A stretch of DNA of 54,893 nucleotides, the filler included, from Malacoraja senta (Eukaryota), in assembly GCA_038087875.1 (NCBI GenBank). It is 3 parts of 3 records of this genome, joined end to end, with 100 filler letters (N's around TTAATTAATTAA, not from the genome) between each part and the next. Parts side by side here need not be neighbours in the genome. Positions count along the whole stretch, not along the records: positions 43,378 to 54,893 come from JAXLNO010005613.1; 2 more parts are not named here. One strand, given 5' to 3'. Below, piece after piece: positions 47,201 through 54,893 of the stretch; within the stretch, counting starts at the first letter, position 1, and every line of letters begins with the position of its first letter. The notes under the pieces are model-generated. The model did not search any database and was not told the DNA's origin. It saw nothing but the letters and a program-made list of their open reading frames with translations. Position numbers and translations under genes: made by a program.

Positions 47201-49040
47201 TTGCCTGTGGAAATGTGTTCAGGGCTGAAGCTATTCACTATATTTATTGAAAGTTGAGATGTCGGATAGAAAGCCACATGATCAAGTTTGCTGCTCACAC
47301 AAGGCAAGCAGAAGTGTCAACAGAGCATCTAGATGGTGTCCTTGCTGAGATAAGGATACATGAAGTGAATGGGCAAATCTGTGGCAAGAACCAGCTCTTT
47401 AAATGTGTGTGGACCACACCCAAATAGACAATAGACAATAGGTGCAGGAGTAGGCCATTCGGCCCTTCGAACCAGCTATCAATGTGATCATGGCTGATCA
47501 TCCACAATCAGTACCCCGTTCCTGCCTTCTCCCCATATCCCCTGACTCCGCTATCTTTAAGAGCCCTTTCTAGCTCTCTCTTGAAAGTATCCAGAGAACC
47601 AGCCTCCACCGCCCTCTGAGGCAGAGAATTCCACAGACTCACAACTTTCTGTGTGAAAAAGTGTTTCCTCGTCTCCATTCTAAATGGCTTACCACTTATT
47701 CTTAAACTGTGGCCCCTTGTTCTGGACTCACCCAACATCGGGAACGTGTTTCCTGCCTCTAGCGTGTCCAAACCCTTAATAATCTTATATGTTTCAATAA
47801 GTTTCACCTCTCATCCTTCTAAACTCCAGAGTATACAAGCCTAACCGCTCCATTCTCTCAGCATATGACAGTCCCACCATCCTGGGAATTTACCTTGTAA
47901 ACCTACGCGGCACTCCCTCAATAGCAAGAATGTCCTTCCTCCAATTAAGGACCAAAACTGCACACAATACTCCAGGTGTGGTCTCACTAGGGCCCCGTAC
48001 AACTGCAGAAGGACCTATTTGCTCCTATACTCAACTCCTCTTGTTATGAAGGCCAACATGCCATTCGCTTTCTTCACTGCCTGCTGTACCTGCCTGCATG
48101 CTTACTTTCATGGTGCTGAATAAGTTGTCATTTAGAAGGCTAAAGAAAAATTTGTTAGATGTTTTCACAAAGTTAATGGGAGCAAACAGAATAGATTATC
48201 CTGAGATGATCTATTTACACACCTCCACATTCAGGGACAGTTCCTTCCCAGATGTTATCAGGCAACTGAATCATCCTACCACATCCAGAGAGCGGTCCTG
48301 AACTACTATCTCCCTCACTGGAGACCCTCGGACTATCTTTGATCGAACTTTACTGGTTTTACCTTACACTAAACGTTAATCCCTTATCGTGTATGTATAC
48401 ACTGTGAATGACTCATTTGTAATCATGTTTTGTCTTTCCGCTGACTGGTTAGCACGCAACAAAAGCTTTTCACTGTACCTCGGTACACGTGACAATAAAC
48501 TAAACTAACTAGATGTGGAGGAATTATTTTTTAGTTGTGTACAGTGCTCCCTGGGTTACAAATGATCTCCCTGATTCATGGAAATCGAACTTTATACAAA
48601 GTACAGGGTCTAAAAGTTCGAGGCAGCCATGCTGCATGGAAGAGGGTCATGGCGTCTGAAGAAGGGTCTCGACACGAAACCTCACCCATTCCTTCTCTCC
48701 AGAGATACTGCCTGCCCCACTGAGTTACTCCAGCTTTTTGTGTCTATCAGAGGCTCATGGAAGTTTGGAATTGCCTTCCACAGTTGGCATTTGGTTCCAG
48801 GTCTGAAGGTGATTTTAAATCTGAGATTGCAGAGTTTGACTATACGAGATGTTAATGGATGTGGGGGAAAGACAGCTCAGTGGAGCTGGTGATAGATCTC
48901 CACATATCATTGAATGGTGGAACTGACCCGAACCTCCTGTCTTCCTGTCCTCCTGTTGTCTTCATTTTATTCACACGTTGTTGATCTTCACAAAACATCC
49001 GCGGCAAACTAACTGTCTCACCTTCTCATTTGTCCTGAAG

Positions 49041-49180
49041 CCGGCACAGACTTGACAGGAGAGGAAGGGAAGGAGGAGCCGGGGGACTTGGATGGAGATG
49101 ACAATGTGCTCACAGTTGCTGCCTTCGCCATCCTGTTCATTATCAGTTTCCTCTACAGTACCTTCGTCACCGTTGTCAAG
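49041..49180 (+). CDS. IgW: Ig heavy-chain TM1 exon (IgW-type), right copy
   Basis: Same protein as 12925-13064 (one synonymous TTT/TTC change); donor |gtaaca. Confidence 0.88.
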
Positions 49181-49313
49181 GTAACAATGACCAACGATAG
49201 AGATACTTTGTGACCCCCACACTGTGACCATCCATTCCTCATTACACTGTGTTCTCTGACTCTCCAATCCTCACCACACCACGGTCAACAGATGATGCAG
49301 TCTGGGACAATAA

Positions 49314-52300
49314 GGGGGGGGGGGTTGTGTCAAATGGATAGTCAGGGACGGAGTTAAAGGGAAAAGGAGTAAAGCGATAGTTAATGACCCCAGAATTAAC
49401 GGGAAAGAAAGCTCACAAAGGGATAGGAGTGTATGGTCAACTGTAATAGGGATCGATGTGAAAGGTGAGATGCGTAAGGAATTAAAAGTTTTGTATATGA
49501 ATGCGCGAAGTATAAAAAGTAAAGTAGATGAGCTTGAGGCTCAGTTAGAGGTTGGTAGATATGACATTGTGGGGATTACTGAGACATGGCTGCAGGAGGA
49601 TCGGGCCTGGGAACTTAATATTCAGGGTTATACAGCCTATAGAAAGGACAGGCAGGTGGGCAGAGGAGAGGGTTAGCTCTGCTGGTGAGGGATGGAATTA
49701 AGTTCCTTGCGAGGGAAGACATTGGGACTGAAGAGGTAGAGTCACTGTGGATTGAGTTGAGGAATTGCAAAGGCAAGAAGATACAAATTGGTGTTATCTA
49801 CAGACCCCCAAATAGTAGCCCGGATGTAGGGTGTAAGTTGCAGCAGGAGTTAAAACTGGCATGTAACAAAGGTAATGCCACTGTGGTGATGGGGGATTTC
49901 AATATGCAGGCAGACTGGGAAAATCAGGTTGGTTCAGGACCTCAATTAAGAGAGTTTGTAGAGTGCCTCCGAGATGGATTCTTAGAGCAGCTTCTAATGG
50001 AGCCGACCAGAGAAAAGGCAATTCTGGATTTAGTGTTGTCCAATGAACCAGATTTGACAAGAGAAGTAGAGGTAAAGGAACCGCTTGGAGATAGTGATCA
50101 TAATATGATTAGTTTTAATCTGCAATTTGAGAAGGCGTAGGTTAAATTGGAAGTGTCAGTGATGCAGTTGAACAAAGGGGACTATGAAGCCATGAGAGAG
50201 GAGGTGGCCAAGGTAGACTGGAAAGGGATCCTAGCAGGAATGACGGTGGAACGGCAATGGCAGGAATTTCTGGGCATAATCTGGAAGACGCAGGACCATT
50301 TCATTCCAAAAAGGAAGAAAGATTCTAAGGGGAGTAGGAGGCAACCGTGACTGACAAGAGAAGATAGGGATAGAATAAAACTAAATGAAAAGATGTATAA
50401 TACAGCAAATAGTAGCCGGAAGCCAGAGGATTGGGAAACTTTCATAGGACAACAGAAGGAAAAAATATGGGCTGAAAAGATGAAGTACGAGGGGAAGCTG
50501 GCCAGGAATGTAAAGAAGGACAGTAAAAGCTTCTTTGATAATGTTAAGGGAAAAAGAATAGCAAAGTCAAATGTGGGTTCCTTGAAGGCAGACACGGGGG
50601 AAATTATGTTCAAGAACGAACTGCAGATGCTGCAAAATCGAAGGTAGACAAAAATGCTGGAGAAACTCAGCGGGTGCGGCAGCATCTATGGAACGAAGGA
50701 AATAGGCAATTTTTCGGGCTGAAACCCTTCTTCAGACGTCTACCTACGGGAGAAATTATTATGGGGAACATGGAAATGGCAGAAGAGTTGAACAGGTACT
50801 TCGGATCTGTCTTTACTAAGGAAGAAACAAACAATCTCGCAGATGTACTGGAGGACAGAGGATCTAAGGGGGTAGAGGAACTGAAAGAAAATGTCATTAG
50901 GCGAGAAATAGTATTGGGGAGGCTAATGGGACTGAAGGATGAAAAATCACCTGGGCCTGATGGTCTGCATCCCAGGGTCCTCAGGGAGGTGGCTCTAGAA
51001 ATAGTGGATGCATTGGTGATCATTTTCCAATGTTCAATAGATTCAGGATCAGTTCCTGTGGATTGGAGTATAGCTAATGTTATCCCACTTTTCAAGAAAG
51101 GAGCGTGAGAGAAAACGGGGAATTACAGACCAGTTAGCCTGACTTCGGTGGTGGGAAAGATGCTGGTCATTTATTAAAGAGGTAATGATGGGGCATTTGG
51201 ATAGCAGTAAAAGGATTAGTCCAAGTCAACATGGATTTTTGAAAGGAAAATCATGCTTGACTAATCTTCTGGAATTTTTTAAGGATGTGACAAGTAAAAT
51301 GGATGAAGGGGTGCCAGTGGATGTAGTGTATCTAGACTTTCAGAAAGCCTTTGATGAGGTCCCACACGGGAGACTGGTGACTAAAATTAGAGCACATGGT
51401 ATTGGGGGTAGGGTGTTGACATGGATAGAACATCATTTGGCAGACAGGAAGCAAAGAGTAGGAGTGTATGGATCCTTTTTAGAATGGCAGGCAGTGGCGA
51501 GTGGAGTGCCGCAAGGCTCTCTGTTGGGGCAGCAACTGTTTACCATATATATTAATGATTTGGAAGAGGGAATTAGGAGCAACACTAGCAAGTTTGCGGA
51601 TGACACAAAGCTGGATGGCAGTGTGAACTGTGAAGAGGATGTTAGGAGGTTGCAGGGTGACCTAGACAGGTTGAGTGAGTGGGCAGATGCATGGCAGATG
51701 CAGTATATATAGATAAATGTGAGGTTATCCGCTTTGGCGGCAAAAACAAGGGGGAAGATTATTATCTCAATGGGGTTAGGTTAGGTAAGGGGGAGGTACA
51801 GCGAGACCTGGGTGTACTTGTACACCAGTCACTGAAAGTTGGCGTGCAGGTACAGCAGGCAGTGAAGAAAGCTAATGGAATGTTGGCCTTCATAACAAGA
51901 GGATTTCAGTATAGGAATAAAGAGCTTCTTCTGCAGTTGTATGGGGCACTGGTAAGACCACATCTGGAGTATTGTGTACAGTATTGGTCTCCTAATTTGA
52001 GGAAGGACATCCTTGTGATTGAGGCAGTGCAGCAAAGGTTCGCGAGATTGATCCCTGGGATGGTGGGACTGTCATGAGGAAAGGTTGAAAAGACTAGGCT
52101 TGTATTCACTGGAGTTTAGAAGGATGAGGGGGAATCTTATAGAAACATATAACATTATATAAGGACTGGACAAGCTAGATGCAGGAAAAATGTTCCCAAT
52201 GTTGGGCTAGTCCAGAACCAGGGGCCACAGTCTTAGACTGAGGTGAGAAAAAACTTTTTCACCCAGAGATTTGTGAATTTGTGGAATTCCTTGCCACAGA

Positions 52301-52498
52301 GGGCAGTGGAGGCCAAATCACTGGTGGATTTAAGAGAGAGTTAGATATAGCTCTAGGGGCTAGTGGAATCAAGGGATATGGGGAGAAGGCAGGCATGAGT
52401 TATTGATTGGGGATGATCAGCCATGATCACAATGAATGGCGGTGCTGGCTTGAAGGGCCAAATGGCTTCCTCCTGCACCTATTTTCTATGTTTCTATG
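49314..52498 (+). mobile_element. CR1 LINE with near-complete decayed ORF2 (APE + RT) and (TTTCTATG)2 tail; PLE fragment inserted at ~50609-50745
   Basis: APE motifs at 49458-50140, KSPGPDGLHP, HGFLKGKSCLTNL and FADDTKL. A ~14-nt duplication (acggg.gaaattat) flanks the PLE fragment. Confidence 0.93.
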
Positions 52499-52655
52499 GT
52501 ACCCATCACACCCCCCTGGTCTTTGAACCTTTCCTCTTTATTCCTGTCCTCTGGGCCTCGATACAGCAAACATTCATAGAACGTTGGGTATTTGGGGCAA
52601 TGACCCTGAGCTCAAACATGGAAATCAAACAAACGTTGTATTCATGTCAAATGTT

Positions 52656-52968
52656 GGGCGGCACGGTGGCCAGCGATAGAGCTGCTGCCTTACAGCGCCA
52701 GAGACCCCGGGTTCCATCCTGACTACGGGTGCTGTCTGTACGGAGTTTGTACGTTCTCCCCGTGTCCTGCGTGGGTTTTCTCCGACATCTTCGGTTTCCT
52801 CCCAAACTCCAAAGATGTACAGGTTTGTAGGTTAATTGGCTTGGTGTAAATGTAAAAAATTGTTCCTAGTGTGTATAGGGTAGTGTTAATGTGCGGGGAT
52901 CGCTGCTTGGCGCAGTCTCGGTGGGCTGAAGGGCTTGTTTCCATGCTGTATCACTAAACTACAACTAA
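52656..52968 (+). mobile_element. HE1/V-SINE-like SINE, essentially full length
   Basis: tRNA-like head gggcggcacggtggc...gggttccatcc, central gcgtgggttttctcc, 3' tail ctaaactacaactaa. Confidence 0.85.
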
Positions 52969-53200
52969 CAGGGTACTCCGTATCTGAAACCTGAGCCGAG
53001 GTACGGAACCTCTCTTCAGCCCACAACTGGTATTCAGACTGTGTATCCATTAGAGTTGACCTGGGCCACTAATGAAAGACCACCTGTCCATGAGGGTCCA
53101 TCTCCTACAAACATGCACAGACCACCAATCCTCGAGGGTCCTAGAAATGTTGCAGACCTCCTGTCCATGAGGGTCCATCTCCGAGGTTAAGGACAGACTG

Positions 53201-54893
53201 TCTGTTATTTAGTTTGCCTGTCCCTACAGATCACCATCTGTGCTGCACCTTGCCACACACAATGTCTGACTTTCCTGTGTATATTACAGGTGCAGCAATG
53301 ACCAGCCGACACACACGCCACATTCACTCAAGAGATCACCATGCAGCTGCTGACGTTGGCAAATGGAGTCTCCCTGTCTTTCACTCACTCACTCGGCAAT
53401 CCGAGGCTACTGCACTGCAAACGCTCATTTCAGATAAACTTGGAAATGCACTGGGGATGCTGGGGAAGAAACCGGTTGTGACTGAGGGGGGTGGGGGGAG
53501 GGGGGGGGGGGTGGGGGGGAGGGGGGGTGGTGGGGGGGACAGGATAGGACATTACAGTGGGAAAATGTCAGGGTATGAGACACTGGAGTGGGTGGCATTC
53601 AGGACTGCGAGAGGAAGGCAGGATTAATGTTTGGAAAAGGGGAGCAGGGGATGGGAATGTGATGAGTGAAGGAGAAGAGGGGAGTGTGGGAGGGGGAGGG
53701 ATGCGCTGATATTGTGGAGCAAGAAGGGGGCATGGGGAGGGGAGAAGGAACAGGAAGCAATGTGGTGGAGGGGGGGCCGATGCTTGGGGACTTGCTCAAT
53801 CAGATTTTGTAAAGCAGATGTTGTTTAACTCATTGTCTGCAGCTTGTTTTTAATTTTTCTGCTGAACTGCATGTTTTCATTTGAAATTAGATACATAAAT
53901 AAAAGAAAATAACAAGAACATGAAATGTTTGGAGTTGATCATCACTACTCATCAATTTAGGGACTTCAGCTGAGGATGTTGCCAGGACTTTATGAGGATG
54001 TTGCCAGGACTCGAGGGTGTGAGCTACAGGGAGAGGTTGAGCAGGCTGGGTCTCTATTCTATGGAGCGTAGGAGGATGAGGGGTGATCTTATAGAGGTGT
54101 ACAAACTCATGAGAGGAATAGATCGGGCAGATGCACAGACTTTTACCCAGAGTAGGGGAATCGAGGACCAGTGGACATGGGTTCAAGGTGAATGGGAAAA
54201 GATTTAAAAGGAATCCGAGGGGTAACATTTTCACACAGAGGGTCGTGGGTGTATGGAACAAGCGGCCGGAGGAGGTAGTCCATCGTTTAAGAAACAGTTG
54301 GATAGGTATATGGATAGGACAGGTTTGGAGGGATATGGACCAAGTGCAGGCAAGTGGGACCAGGGTAGCTGGGACATTGTTGGCCGGTGTGGGCGTATTG
54401 GGCCGAAGGGCCTGTTTCCACACTGTATTAATATATGACTCTATGAGTGCACCAAATACACCAGATATTGTGCTAAAACACATCAGGAGAGGAGTACATG
54501 GACAGGTTCAGATTAGGATACAACAGATACTGAAGAATCAACACTAGCACCTGATCCAAATGGCGTACGTCCGAGGGCCAGACATTGCAGGAAAGCCCAC
54601 GGGGCCGGGTATTGGAGGAACACACCTCGGGGAAAAGACATTGGGGACATGACCAGACAATTCTAGGCCTCCTCTGGACACAAAAGATTGAATAGTAATC
54701 TGAGGGGTAACTTTTCCACACAGAGGGTGGTGGGTGTATGGAATGAGCTGCCGGGGGAGGCTGGGACTAGCCCAATATTTAAGAAACAGTTGGACAGGTA
54801 CATGGAAAGGACAGGGTTGGAAGGATGTGGGCCAAACACAGGCAGGTGGGACTAGTGTAGCTGGGACATGGAAACAATTCATGAAATCAATAT
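53201..54893 (-). repeat. Third, partial and inverted copy (U3) of the U1/U2 unit
   Basis: Reverse complement of U2 ~41735 back to ~38440, with deletions. Shares the doubled cctggcaacatcctc marker. Confidence 0.88.

Larger units (their letters stand above)
43877..50730 (+). repeat. Right arm of the inverted segmental duplication
   Basis: Reverse complement of 11381-20829 minus the two left-only LINE insertions. Confidence 0.92.

Noticed and set aside
53077-53182. CRISPR-like repeat-spacer array
   Set aside because: Vertebrate context, only three degenerate units, very short spacers and no cas genes.

Overview
Vertebrate genomic DNA, almost certainly from a cartilaginous fish (skate/ray-like). 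The inference rests on HE1/V-SINE, CR1, Rex1, L2 and Penelope-like repeats and on IgW-type constant exons. The window is three contigs (1-11280, 11381-43277, 43378-54893) joined by two artificial 100-bp gaps. (1) 1-7 kb, minus strand: two tandem V + C2 Ig-domain exon pairs of a CD300/pIgR-related receptor (skate MDIR-like). One V exon is intact, while the other V and one C2 exon carry lesions. (2) 12.9-30 kb, minus strand: IgW-like heavy-chain exons in the order partial C3, C4a, broken C5, C6 + secretory tail + polyA, a second divergent C4 (C4b), and an IgH TM1 exon. (3) 43.4-49.2 kb, plus strand: a near-identical inverted copy of the C4b-TM block, preceded by its own C3 and lacking C5/C6. (4) 30.3-43.3 kb is a ~7.2-kb-period tandem duplication, with a third partial inverted copy at 53.2-54.9 kb. 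I recognised no VH, D, J, C1, C2 or leader exon. The most interesting signals are a possible dedicated C3b-C4b-TM 'membrane cassette' behind a secretory exon that lacks the usual cryptic donor, the IgW/pIgR-like receptor adjacency (only across a gap), and many short Penelope-derived repeats carrying a minimal hammerhead-ribozyme core, some arranged as long foldbacks. All alignments were done by eye, and repeat boundaries are approximate.
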